A stretch of 64,000 nucleotides of DNA, taken from the IMG/VR virus record IMGVR_UViG_3300025858_000016, positions 1 through 64,000 of that record; one strand, 5' to 3'. The notes under the pieces were generated by a model, which saw only the letters and a program-made list of their open reading frames with translations, searched no databases and was not told the DNA's origin. Of this stretch, positions 29,355-39,730 are shown in pieces (the stretch's first letter is position 1; each line of letters begins with the position of its first letter). A program made the position numbers and the translations under genes. The stretch is from a virus. Its lineage: Duplodnaviria; Caudoviricetes.

Positions 29355-30095
29355 ATGTCGACATATATAGCAAATATAAAAGTGACATCCAAGGATGTCA
29401 TTAAGAATTGGTGGAAATTGAATTATTTCACAGGTGGAAGTGATCCTAGTCCTATTATTACATCTGTAAAATTTGGATATTTATATAATCCATATACTGT
29501 ATTAAATGGTAATGAATTAGCTGCTATAGGGTGGCATGTGGCATCTAGAGATGAATATATAACTATTGAAGATAGTGTGGGTGGATATGAAATAGGAGGT
29601 GGACATATGAAAGATATTATTAATGATTTTTGGAATTCACCTAATACTGGTGCTGATAATTTATATGGATTTAATGCAAGAGGCGGTGGTAAAAGAAACT
29701 CTGATGGTACATTTTCTGATTTAAAAAATATTAGCAATATTATGACATCAGATTTAGTTTATGAAACTCCTTCTGAAATTATTTTTAGTTATTTACATAG
29801 TTATTTTGTTATGGCTTATTTGGGAGAAGAAAAAAGTGGGAGATCCATAAGAGTAATAAAGGATTCGACAACTTTAGAGAATGGGGAGTCAGGGATATAT
29901 ATAGGAAATGATGATAAAGTGTATCGCACAATTTGTATTGGCGGTCTTGAAATTTTAGCTGATAATATTTGTGAAACAAAATTAAGAGATGGGACATTAA
30001 TACCGGAAGTTACAGATAATGCAGCATGGGCAGCCTTAACTACTTTAGCTAGATGTAGTTATAATAATGATGAAAGTAATGCAATTATCATATAA
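29355..30095 (+). CDS. Permuted FISUMP (Fib_succ_major-like) domain protein
   Basis: FGYLYN..GWHV..GFNARGGGKR..GRSIRVIKD then GNDDKVYRTICIG..DNI. Confidence 0.65.
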   Translation: MSTYIANIKVTSKDVIKNWWKLNYFTGGSDPSPIITSVKFGYLYNPYTVLNGNELAAIGWHVASRDEYITIEDSVGGYEIGGGHMKDIINDFWNSPNTGADNLYGFNARGGGKRNSDGTFSDLKNISNIMTSDLVYETPSEIIFSYLHSYFVMAYLGEEKSGRSIRVIKDSTTLENGESGIYIGNDDKVYRTICIGGLEILADNICETKLRDGTLIPEVTDNAAWAALTTLARCSYNNDESNAIII

Positions 30096-30107
30096 TTAAA
30101 ATTTGTC

Positions 30108-31967
30108 ATGCCTGAAATAAATGACTATACTAAAGTTGGTGGAGTTTTTGTAGACTCGGGTGATGGCGATATGGATTTTTATTCATATTGGTATTCTATT
30201 TGTTATTTAGTTGGCATGCTTAATATTTATAGATATGTATTTAGAGATATTGATAATTATGATGAAATGGTTAGAAGATTTTTAAAATCAAGAGAAATTG
30301 CTTTTAGTAATGATTCAGATAGTTATTTGTTAGATTATTTGTATAAATACTGGAGAGAAGAAATAAGTAAACGAGGCACTAAACAAATTGATAATTATAT
30401 TGGTAAATCAGATGAAGTTGGATCAAATATGTATGAATTAACAGAAGATATAGAATCAGATATAGATAATAATAGTGGGATTGGTGTTATTGGTGGGGCT
30501 TGTTCATTAGACACTTCTGTTTATTTAGGTTTTTTTCATTGTATAGAGTTTGATATTTTATTAAAAAATGGTGATACTTTATTAACTGTTGATGGCGATT
30601 TATTTTATAGAACATTAAGTAGTTGTTTTATTCATATAAAGAAAGTAAGTGACCCAGACGAAAATAATATAGGAGTGTATAGTATTTCATATAATTGTTA
30701 TACTAATGTTTTAACATATAATGCATCATTAGATGTTACTATTGTTAATAATGTGAAGTTTATAAGAGTAGGCACTAATATTTATCTGTATATTAATGGT
30801 GAACTAATAAGTAGTATAGTAGTTTCCACAGTTAATGCATATACGTTTATACACTTGTTTAATGGTTCATTACCTGTTTTAGCTAACCTTAGAGTTACTA
30901 AATATAATAGTGATTATACTATTGATGATGTATATCAATGGAAATGTAATGAAGGAGGAGGATTTATATTAGATAGTAATAAAGCACCTTTATACCCCGG
31001 AGTAATGGGAGTAACTGTTGATGGTGTCTGGGATAGTAATTGGGTAAGAAATGTTGGATTTGATAATATTGATTATGTAAGAGTTGATGGAGAGATAAGA
31101 AGATTGATTAATCATATTGATGGTGAATGTTTAACCGAGTTGATAAAATCATCAGAATTAGGGTTAACTATTGATGTTAGCTCCCCTATTTCTCAGGAAG
31201 CAAGTTGCGTTAATTTAAACAAATCGTATGAAAAGGGAGTTGTAAATAGATTAAGTAGATATCCATTATTATGGACTAATAATATTAAGCCTATAATTAG
31301 TAATGGATATATTCAATATTCTTTAGATTTTGAAAATCCTGGAGTATTTGGGTTAAATACTGTAGATGTTATGACTCTAGATTCTTATAAGCCAAATACT
31401 TTATTCCCATTTTGTCCAATACCTATTGCTACAGACAGTGATGATATTTCCGGGTATGAAATTAGTTTTGTGATTAAAACAGATGCTAATATTAATTTAC
31501 AGTTTGGTATAAAGACATTAGATGTTGATTTCAATGAAGTTGATAAGACTAAGAAGTATAGTGATGATACAGCTTCTAATATGTTTATTGAAGACACTTT
31601 ATTTTCATTGTGTAATGGTAGAGATTTATGGGTAAGAGGAGTATATTCATTGATAAAGTTACCAGATGTTGCTGATACGTTAAATATAAATATTGGCAGT
31701 AATTTGTATAATGATTCTCAGAATGAAGTAAAATATTTGATGCCAGTAATTAATTTTTATTGTTCTGGTTTAGGAGCAGTTGTTAATATAAAAGATATTG
31801 TAGTCAGGCCATTGAGTTTGAATACTTCAAAAGGAATGATAGATAATAAAAATAAGATGATTTGTTTTTTAAAGAATAATTCAGGTATGTCAGATGAGTA
31901 TATCAAAGATTTCATTGATGATAAATTAATACCTTATAATTGTAATACCAATATTCAATTCATATAA
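30108..31967 (+). CDS. Baseplate/tail protein with LamG-like insert
   Basis: Position; EISKRGT motif; IYLYING...WKCNEGGG LamG-like segment. Confidence 0.45.
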   Translation: MPEINDYTKVGGVFVDSGDGDMDFYSYWYSICYLVGMLNIYRYVFRDIDNYDEMVRRFLKSREIAFSNDSDSYLLDYLYKYWREEISKRGTKQIDNYIGKSDEVGSNMYELTEDIESDIDNNSGIGVIGGACSLDTSVYLGFFHCIEFDILLKNGDTLLTVDGDLFYRTLSSCFIHIKKVSDPDENNIGVYSISYNCYTNVLTYNASLDVTIVNNVKFIRVGTNIYLYINGELISSIVVSTVNAYTFIHLFNGSLPVLANLRVTKYNSDYTIDDVYQWKCNEGGGFILDSNKAPLYPGVMGVTVDGVWDSNWVRNVGFDNIDYVRVDGEIRRLINHIDGECLTELIKSSELGLTIDVSSPISQEASCVNLNKSYEKGVVNRLSRYPLLWTNNIKPIISNGYIQYSLDFENPGVFGLNTVDVMTLDSYKPNTLFPFCPIPIATDSDDISGYEISFVIKTDANINLQFGIKTLDVDFNEVDKTKKYSDDTASNMFIEDTLFSLCNGRDLWVRGVYSLIKLPDVADTLNINIGSNLYNDSQNEVKYLMPVINFYCSGLGAVVNIKDIVVRPLSLNTSKGMIDNKNKMICFLKNNSGMSDEYIKDFIDDKLIPYNCNTNIQFI

Positions 31968-31969
31968 AA

Positions 31970-33634
31970 ATGCAACAGACACCTAATTTCAATAGTAAAC
32001 AGATAATTTCTAAAGAAGAATTAAGACTTTGGGATGAATCTTTGAGAGAGTTAGTTGGTAATGTATTACGATATAATCGTAATTCAGATTTAGTGGGAGG
32101 GTCTTTAGATGCTTATGATACTAATACAAGTTCATTAATAAATGATTTTTTTAAAGTATCATTAGGATCTGTTCAAGTTGAGGGTTATAATACATTAAAG
32201 GTTGGAGTTGGACGTGGTGTTCTGTGTGTTGAAAATACAACAACAAAGAAAGTATCAGGGTTGGAGTATTATAATAACTCTCTTTCTAAGCAATTAGTGA
32301 CATTGTTAAAATGGGAAGAGACTGATAATATCACAGTTGATGGTATAGAAACTTATGGTAGTGGAGATGAAGTTTATATGGGTCTCTCCCCTATTTGGGA
32401 TCCATTAGAGGTTGGGTTGTGTAATATTTCTTCTTCTAACCAGGTTACTATAACTGGGGGAGATTTTACGAAATTAAGAGGACAATCTCTGAAGAATCCT
32501 ACTAAAATACGATTTTATACAGAACTTGGTGCAGCAGCTGTTAATAGTGAGACATATGAAGTAATATCAATTATAGATGATAATAATATTATTATTTCAG
32601 GTATAGTAAGTAATGAAACTAATGTAAAAATGTTGATTGTTGGGTCTTATGATTTAGATATTCAAGGCAGTTTGACAAATAAATTTTCATATGTTACTGC
32701 TAATGGGAAATTAACGTTTACGGAGACAGCATCAGATATAACAGGGGCAGGTGGTTTTATTATTTGTAAATTAGTGTTTGGTTCAGGTGGGGCATTTACT
32801 GTAGTGGATCTGAGAGGCGATTATTTGTTCAATTTTGCTTATTCACCTGATATAGTATATAAGAGTTTAGTTCAGACAATTACAGGTAAAAAGACTTTTT
32901 CAACAGCTGTGCCCTCGTTTGCTTCATTTTTAGAATATTATTTAGATTCTATATCAGCTGTTACTCCTATTACATTAACGAATGGGAATAATACTAGTAG
33001 TCTAGTTATTCCTGATAGGAATGGATCATTGTTTTATATAACTGCTACTGGTGGATATGAATTAGTTAGTATTACTTGTACTAAATCAGTATTACCAGGG
33101 ACTTCTTTGTTTTTAAAATTAGATGATAGTAGTGTCGATTTAACAATTGGAGTAAAAGTAAATTCTGATCCAGCTGTAGCTTGGTCTATAAAGACTAATG
33201 ATTATGCTCTTAATTATGTAGTAGGGCCAAGAGTTGTGATAAAGAGTGGTAGTATTATACATTTAGTTTTAGATAAAGATAATGTTTGGAATTTAGTAAA
33301 TATCAATTCAAGTTGGGTAGATTCTCCTTGGGTTCAAGTTGATAAGATGTATGATACTAATTCTGCTCTTATAAGTACTGCTACTAATAAGGTGTATTAT
33401 AAATATGATGTAAATAAATTAGTAATTAATATAGAACGCATTGCAATATCTGTAGCGGTACCTATTACTTTTGTAGTGCCATTTACATTTTCTCATAAAG
33501 TGGTAGATTTTCTACAATCTTATGATAGTATAGAGATGACTGGTAAGGTTACTATAGATATTAATGGGTTAGTAACGATTATGACCACAACTGGCATTGG
33601 GAATTGTTATAAAACAGTAATTATATACTTCTAA
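31970..33634 (+). CDS. Tail fibre-like protein
   Basis: Beta-rich; QTITGKKTF fibre motif; end of baseplate cluster. Confidence 0.5.
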   Translation: MQQTPNFNSKQIISKEELRLWDESLRELVGNVLRYNRNSDLVGGSLDAYDTNTSSLINDFFKVSLGSVQVEGYNTLKVGVGRGVLCVENTTTKKVSGLEYYNNSLSKQLVTLLKWEETDNITVDGIETYGSGDEVYMGLSPIWDPLEVGLCNISSSNQVTITGGDFTKLRGQSLKNPTKIRFYTELGAAAVNSETYEVISIIDDNNIIISGIVSNETNVKMLIVGSYDLDIQGSLTNKFSYVTANGKLTFTETASDITGAGGFIICKLVFGSGGAFTVVDLRGDYLFNFAYSPDIVYKSLVQTITGKKTFSTAVPSFASFLEYYLDSISAVTPITLTNGNNTSSLVIPDRNGSLFYITATGGYELVSITCTKSVLPGTSLFLKLDDSSVDLTIGVKVNSDPAVAWSIKTNDYALNYVVGPRVVIKSGSIIHLVLDKDNVWNLVNINSSWVDSPWVQVDKMYDTNSALISTATNKVYYKYDVNKLVINIERIAISVAVPITFVVPFTFSHKVVDFLQSYDSIEMTGKVTIDINGLVTIMTTTGIGNCYKTVIIYF

Positions 33635-33637
33635 GAA

Positions 33638-34201
33638 ATGAAATTATACTATACTGTAGCATCAGCTCAGAATGATGTCCAATTTAAACCTGAACTAAGT
33701 TTAGGTGGATATAAATCTGCTAATTTAGTTGAGAGTAATAGATTTGAAAATTTGTTTAGTGACATATCAATGTATACTGTTAAGAATAACAACAGTAATA
33801 AATATATTGGTCTAATTTTAGTTAATGAAGATTCTGTAGCACATTCAGATGTATATTTTTGGTTTAAATATCCAAGTTCTTGTTCTTCTAAATTTAGGGT
33901 AGCTATTGTCGATTTAGCTACTGATACAGACGGTATAGAATTTATGGAACATATTAGTAGTAATGAGAGTAAACCATTGTATGCAACATTTTATGAAGCT
34001 GATGGAGAAGATAATAAAATTAGTATAGGCAGTATAGCTTCAGGTGGTATGCTTGGTATTTGGTTTGAAAGAGAATTAAATTTAGATGCTATTAAGTTAG
34101 AACAAAATTCTATATATCAACAAGACTCTAGTGATCCATATCATTATAATGAGGTGGAACTTTCTAAAGAGGATATTATTGATATTAATTTTCAGTGGTA
34201 A
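33638..34201 (+). CDS. Hypothetical tail-associated protein
   Basis: SLGGYKS...NLFSDIS motif; last gene of the structural block. Confidence 0.4.
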   Translation: MKLYYTVASAQNDVQFKPELSLGGYKSANLVESNRFENLFSDISMYTVKNNNSNKYIGLILVNEDSVAHSDVYFWFKYPSSCSSKFRVAIVDLATDTDGIEFMEHISSNESKPLYATFYEADGEDNKISIGSIASGGMLGIWFERELNLDAIKLEQNSIYQQDSSDPYHYNEVELSKEDIIDINFQW

Positions 34202-34278
34202 AAATATTTTTGGTTTTTTAAAGTTTATATTGATAAATTATATAATTTTATAAATTAAAATATAAAATTTATATTTAA

Positions 34279-34770
34279 ATGATAGATTTGGTTAAAGATA
34301 TATTTAATAAAGTATACATGCAGATATATGGTTTTGAATATCATTTTAAGAATGATAAAGTTGAGAAATTAATAAAAGATTTTATAGATAAGATTAATAT
34401 TAATGTTGGAGAACAGTGGTTGTTAGATTTTATTATTTTTCAGTTTTCATATTATGATGGTATGAAAACACGATTCGATAGGGTTTATTTGAATTGGATT
34501 TTTGGTGATAAGGCAATTGAGAGATGGGAGAATAGGACAGAACAACAAGTTTATTTTGCTAATGAATTTAGAAGAAAATTAGGTATTAATAGAGAATTTG
34601 ATAAATTAAATATAAAAGAACATAATGAGAGAGAGAAATTAAGATTTACTGATATAAATGATAGATTATTATATTGTGATGAATTAAGTTTATTTAGCGA
34701 TAGTTCTGATATTTGTAAATGTTGTATTAATTACCAAATTTGTTATAATCATGTCAGACGGTTGTGTTAA
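34279..34770 (+). CDS. Hypothetical protein
   Basis: ORF with upstream TAATTTTA motif; C-terminal Cys cluster. Confidence 0.5.
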   Translation: MIDLVKDIFNKVYMQIYGFEYHFKNDKVEKLIKDFIDKININVGEQWLLDFIIFQFSYYDGMKTRFDRVYLNWIFGDKAIERWENRTEQQVYFANEFRRKLGINREFDKLNIKEHNEREKLRFTDINDRLLYCDELSLFSDSSDICKCCINYQICYNHVRRLC

Positions 34771-35275
34771 ATGTGGTAGTTCTTATGTAACAAATAAGAA
34801 ATACTGTTTATGTGATAATTGTAATTTTATTAGATTACATGGTAAGAATAAGTTTGAATATGAATTAGATAAGCAAAGAAATAAAAGTATAGTAAAGAAA
34901 AAGAAATCAAGTGTTATTAGTAATTTGAAGCAAGAAAGAATTGATAAACGTAAAGAAGAACTCAGGTTGGATGAAGAAGTATATTATGAAGTTTTTTGCA
35001 GTCAACCAAATAAGTGTGCAGAGTGTGAGACAGAATTGCCAGATATTTTTAGAGACAGTAATGGTTTTGTTATAGATAGATATCAGTATTCACATATATT
35101 GAGTAAGGGAGCATATCCAGAATTTAGAAGAAATAAGAAAAATTTTAATAGATTATGTCAAAGAGATCATACTAGGTGGGAAAGTGGTGATAGAGAGAAT
35201 ATGAAAATTTTTAAAATGAACCAAGAAATAATACAAGAATTATTTGATGAACAAATATCTAAAGGCAGCATCTGA
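34751..35275 (+). CDS. HNH-like/NinG-like nuclease with zinc fingers
   Basis: CVKC..CDNC; CAEC...SHILSKG...N.NRLC..DH. Confidence 0.6.
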   Translation: MSDGCVKCGSSYVTNKKYCLCDNCNFIRLHGKNKFEYELDKQRNKSIVKKKKSSVISNLKQERIDKRKEELRLDEEVYYEVFCSQPNKCAECETELPDIFRDSNGFVIDRYQYSHILSKGAYPEFRRNKKNFNRLCQRDHTRWESGDRENMKIFKMNQEIIQELFDEQISKGSI

Positions 35276-35756
35276 TAGATACCCAGATGAAATCAAGGAT
35301 AAACTCATCCATCCTATTTCTGATATAGATGGACAGATAGTTACTGAGATTATTGAGTTATTTAAGAAACTGAGATTTAAAGATGTGGTTGAAATATTGA
35401 ATAATTATAAATATAAATCAGATGATGATATTGCTTTAGCCTTATTAGAAGTAAATACAAATATTACTAATAGTAAAGAGGGTGATAATAGTAATCCATT
35501 ATTTCTTAGGTATTTAAATACTTGTGGTCGAAGATTAGATTTATTTTTATTGATCGGGTATGATTCTGTAGATTGGGTATCTGAAAAAGATGGTATAATC
35601 TATGTTATAAGATTGAACCCTACTCCAGATAATGCGAAACAAGTACCATTTTATGCTAACGAAATTTTAGAATATGATAATTTAGAAGATAGAGATAGTG
35701 TTCTTAAGAAATTAGATGATTATATGGAATTATATAGAGGGTTATTTTTAAGATAG
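35244..35756 (+). CDS. Hypothetical protein
   Basis: ORF only. Confidence 0.5.
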   Translation: MMNKYLKAASDRYPDEIKDKLIHPISDIDGQIVTEIIELFKKLRFKDVVEILNNYKYKSDDDIALALLEVNTNITNSKEGDNSNPLFLRYLNTCGRRLDLFLLIGYDSVDWVSEKDGIIYVIRLNPTPDNAKQVPFYANEILEYDNLEDRDSVLKKLDDYMELYRGLFLR

Positions 35757-35787
35757 TATTTCGATTTATTTTTTATGTTTATGAAAA

Positions 35788-35991
35788 ATGTTAACAAACA
35801 TAACACTTACTTTTTTAGTAAGTTATCTTAATGAAAATTATAAGAAGAAGACTGGTAAAAAGTTTACTATTAGTGATGTTCAATCTTATATTAGACGTGG
35901 ACATTTACCTAAATATTTAGGTGGTAATATAATTGTATTGAATAGCGAAATTAAATGTGTAAAACTATATAATCTTAAAAAGAATGGATAG
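35788..35991 (+). CDS. Small putative HTH DNA-binding protein
   Basis: FTISDVQSYIRRGHLP resembles a MerR/Xis-type HTH. Confidence 0.4.
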   Translation: MLTNITLTFLVSYLNENYKKKTGKKFTISDVQSYIRRGHLPKYLGGNIIVLNSEIKCVKLYNLKKNG

Positions 35992-36634
35992 TCCATATCA
36001 AAATTTTATTGTAATAGATGTAGAAACTGGGGGGCTCCCCAGTAAGATTAAGAAAGCAGTATTTGATATTGCTTTGACTGAAATAGCTTTAGTGGTTGTA
36101 TCAAAAGAATTAGAAATAATTGATCAGTATTCATGGTTGATTAAACCCTATAAAGAAGGTTTAGTATATTCACAAGAAGCAGCTGTTACATCTGGTATAA
36201 CTAAAGAAATGGTAGAAGAGCAAGGGGAAGATTTAAAAGAAGTCTGTATGAAAGTTATTGATGTATTTAAAAAATATAAAGTGGGAACTAAGTTACCAGT
36301 ATTATTAGGACATAATTTTATCAAATTTGACTCTGAATTTATGTTGAATATGTTTGAATTTTGTAAATTTGATTTGATGAAGTATGTTAACCCTGAACCT
36401 GAAGACACTATTAAATGGTCACGATTGGCATGGGTAGAATCTGTTAATTATAAGTTAGGGACTTGTTGTGAGAATGCTAATATAACATTACAAGACGCAC
36501 ACAGAGCATTAAGTGATACTATTGCTACTGCTAAATTATGGATTGAATTTATGAAGAGGTTGCGTGGTATGTCAACCAGTTGTAATGATCAGTCTGAAGT
36601 TAAAAATACATATAGAGTAAAATTTGAATTATAA
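35984..36634 (+). CDS. DEDDh 3'-5' exonuclease (Pol III epsilon-like)
   Basis: IDVETGG, GHNF..FD, DT, AHRALSD motifs. Confidence 0.85.
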   Translation: MDSPYQNFIVIDVETGGLPSKIKKAVFDIALTEIALVVVSKELEIIDQYSWLIKPYKEGLVYSQEAAVTSGITKEMVEEQGEDLKEVCMKVIDVFKKYKVGTKLPVLLGHNFIKFDSEFMLNMFEFCKFDLMKYVNPEPEDTIKWSRLAWVESVNYKLGTCCENANITLQDAHRALSDTIATAKLWIEFMKRLRGMSTSCNDQSEVKNTYRVKFEL

Positions 36635-38316
36635 TGTCATACTCATTATCGACTCACAAGAAAGCATTAACGAAATTACAGATACAAAATGTATATAGAT
36701 ATGTTGAAGAGATAATTAAGAATTTGCCTGATGTTGCTTTAAAGGAACTGTTAGAAGGTTATGATAATGATTTGAATAAATTGTTATCTGAATTGCTTGT
36801 TCAGACTAATAATGTTATAAATAATAATGTTTCAAGTTTAGATTCTGAGAAATTAGAATATTTAGATTATTTTGAAAAGAGTTTAGATGATCAATATAAA
36901 ATACTTTCATATAATTATTTTAAATCAACATGTTTAACTAATTTTACTCAGAATTGGAGAAATTTAGAGTGGGGCAATTTAGTTCAACTTTACCCTTGGT
37001 CTGGGTATCTATGCCAACGTGGTAGTGGTAAAAGTTTTGAATTTACATATGCATTTCCACTTTGGAGGTTATATTCGTATAGAAGGCCTCATCCACTTAT
37101 CCCAGATACTAAAGATAATTTGTTAAGAAAAGAGACTTGTTTAATCACAAATGAGTCAAGATTAGGTAATTTACATATTAGTAAAATTGTAGAGGAGATA
37201 AAGATAAATGATGTATTAGGAGAGAAGATTAATCCAACTGGTGGAGCTAATTTAGGCAAAGAGGGTATTACTTCAGAAGCTGGTGCAATTTTACATAAAA
37301 GATCATATGGATCATTTATACGTGGTCTTCATGTGGGTAGTTCTATTACAGACGATTTTTTAGATAAAAGTTGTTTGTATTCTAAAGATCAAAGAGGTAA
37401 GTTTCACGAAGTATTTTATGCTGAAATAAAGTCAATTGTTGAACAAGGTGGATATAATTTAGTATCTGGTACCCCTTTTCATCAGCAAGATTTATATGGT
37501 GATTTGATGAAAGATCAAATGTTTAAAGTGTTCACATACCCAGGCATACTTCCTAATAAAGAATTGTTAGCTCCTGATAGATTTACATATGATTATTTGA
37601 TGGAGTTGAAAAAGTCATTAGGGACTATAGTATTTGCTAGAGAGATTTTAGTATCCCCTATTTCAGATTCTTCTTCTTTGTTTCCATATGAATATCTTAT
37701 GAGATCAGTTATAGGTATGGAGAATATAGGGTATGTTGATAATATTGAATCATTCCCGATCAAATTAGAAAGAGTTGTTGTTGGTTGTGACTTTGCTATT
37801 TCTGGAGCAATAGGAGCAGATTATACTGTATATACTGTATGGGGTCGAGATAAGTTTAAGAATTTATATTTACTACATATTTGGCGTAAGCAAGGTGCAT
37901 CTCATGATGAACAAATTAATCAAATAGTAAGTTTGGATCAAAGATTCAAACCTAATAAAGTAGTTTGTGAAGATAATGGATTTCAAGGGATATTAAGTGA
38001 TATGGCTAGAGCCAGAGGACTTAAGAATATAGAAGGATTTACTACTACTTCAGGTATTAAAAAGGATTTATATAATGGATTACCAGCTATGAGTGCAATG
38101 TTTGAGAGAGGCCAATTAAAATTGCCGTTTAGAGATGATGAAGATACAAGAAATACAACTAATTTGATTTTTGGGGAGTTTAATTCAATAACTTTTAATG
38201 AAGACACAGGAAAATTAGAATCTAGTGATCAACATGATGATATACCAATGTCTTCATTTATGGCAGTAAATGAATTAAGAGAAAAAGATTTACGGTTTGA
38301 ATCTTTCTGGGTATAA
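36634..38316 (+). CDS. Terminase large subunit
   Basis: Walker A QRGSGKS, IRGLH, TDD, SGTP, RNase H-like VGCDFA..DYT and HDDIP. Confidence 0.85.
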   Translation: MSYSLSTHKKALTKLQIQNVYRYVEEIIKNLPDVALKELLEGYDNDLNKLLSELLVQTNNVINNNVSSLDSEKLEYLDYFEKSLDDQYKILSYNYFKSTCLTNFTQNWRNLEWGNLVQLYPWSGYLCQRGSGKSFEFTYAFPLWRLYSYRRPHPLIPDTKDNLLRKETCLITNESRLGNLHISKIVEEIKINDVLGEKINPTGGANLGKEGITSEAGAILHKRSYGSFIRGLHVGSSITDDFLDKSCLYSKDQRGKFHEVFYAEIKSIVEQGGYNLVSGTPFHQQDLYGDLMKDQMFKVFTYPGILPNKELLAPDRFTYDYLMELKKSLGTIVFAREILVSPISDSSSLFPYEYLMRSVIGMENIGYVDNIESFPIKLERVVVGCDFAISGAIGADYTVYTVWGRDKFKNLYLLHIWRKQGASHDEQINQIVSLDQRFKPNKVVCEDNGFQGILSDMARARGLKNIEGFTTTSGIKKDLYNGLPAMSAMFERGQLKLPFRDDEDTRNTTNLIFGEFNSITFNEDTGKLESSDQHDDIPMSSFMAVNELREKDLRFESFWV

Positions 38317-38353
38317 AGAGATTTATTATTTTATAACTTAAAATTTCGTAACA

Positions 38354-39730
38354 ATGGCTAATGAAGTTCTTAGTACTAAATTCATAGAAGAGATATTCCG
38401 TTTGTGTTTTTTAAAGAAGAGTATTGTAGAGAGATTACAGGAGAATTTGAAGTATCAATATTTACCTACCCCAGAATTAAAACAGATATACAAAGATATA
38501 ATTAATCATTTTAAATTAACTGGGAAATTACCGACTTTTGGAGTAATTTATGAAAAGAATAAAAATGATGATAAGGTATTATTTGAATTAAATAAGATAA
38601 AAGATTGTGATATTGTAGATCCAGAACCTGTACTTCACCAATTAGAAAATTATATTAAAGATATAAGATTTCAGTTATTATGGGATGATGTCATAGAAAT
38701 TCATAAGAGTGGGGATAGAAAGAGAGCTATTGAAGTTATGTCTAAGAATAGTGTTGAGATAGCAGAGTTTTCAATTTTTAAGGGGTCAAGTAAATTTTTA
38801 TATGTTTTTAATGATTTTCAACGTGTTCAATTAGAAAAGGCCATTAATAAAGAAGAGAAGATAGATAGAACAAAAATACCATTTGGTATTTTACCTTTAG
38901 ACACTTTATCAGAGGGAGGTATAGATAGGAAAGATACAGTTCTTTGGATAATGAGATCAGGAGTAGGTAAGTCAACAGTATTAAAATGGCATGGGATGTA
39001 TGCTTGTAGATTAGGGTATGATGTATTACATATTCAATTGGAAGGTAGTGAAGATGAAGCGTATGATAAGTATACACAGGTATGGTCTGCTGTCAATTAT
39101 AGTAAAGTTAAGAATGGTAATATAGAAGGCGATGAGTATGACAAATTACTTTCTATAGCTCAACAGATGGTAGTTAATAGACAAGATATTGCAATACGTT
39201 CTTTTGAACAATTTGATGAGGCTTCAATGTTAGATGTTAGAGACAGTATTATAGAATATAATAAAGAAAAGGGGAAGTTTCCAGATATATTAATTCTAGA
39301 TAGTATAGATTTATGTCATCCCGGAGATGGGTTACATTATGGTGTAGATACCCAGTCAATCAAAATGAAATTGAATAATGCTTCAAGAAAATTTAAGAAT
39401 TTGTGTAATGAGTTTGATATGCGGGGGATTACGGCGACCCAAACATCTGATGTCCCTATTATGATATGGAATGACCCAGATAAGGTTATTACACGTTCAG
39501 ACTCTATGGGAGATAAAAATATTGCTAATTCTTATAGTTTTGTTTTAACGGGGAACCAAACAATAGATGAAGAAAAAAGAAGAGTAATGAGAATTTTTTG
39601 TGATAAATTTAGATATTATAGTCCTTCAGAAAGAACCTATCCTATTGCTACTAACTACAGTTTAGGGAGGTTTTATGATAATACTAGAACATTAAAGATT
39701 TACAAAGATATATATAATAAAGATGAATAA
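38354..39730 (+). CDS. DnaB-like replicative helicase
   Basis: IPFGI..LD, SGVGKST, HIQLE, LILDSID, TATQT. Confidence 0.8.
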   Translation: MANEVLSTKFIEEIFRLCFLKKSIVERLQENLKYQYLPTPELKQIYKDIINHFKLTGKLPTFGVIYEKNKNDDKVLFELNKIKDCDIVDPEPVLHQLENYIKDIRFQLLWDDVIEIHKSGDRKRAIEVMSKNSVEIAEFSIFKGSSKFLYVFNDFQRVQLEKAINKEEKIDRTKIPFGILPLDTLSEGGIDRKDTVLWIMRSGVGKSTVLKWHGMYACRLGYDVLHIQLEGSEDEAYDKYTQVWSAVNYSKVKNGNIEGDEYDKLLSIAQQMVVNRQDIAIRSFEQFDEASMLDVRDSIIEYNKEKGKFPDILILDSIDLCHPGDGLHYGVDTQSIKMKLNNASRKFKNLCNEFDMRGITATQTSDVPIMIWNDPDKVITRSDSMGDKNIANSYSFVLTGNQTIDEEKRRVMRIFCDKFRYYSPSERTYPIATNYSLGRFYDNTRTLKIYKDIYNKDE

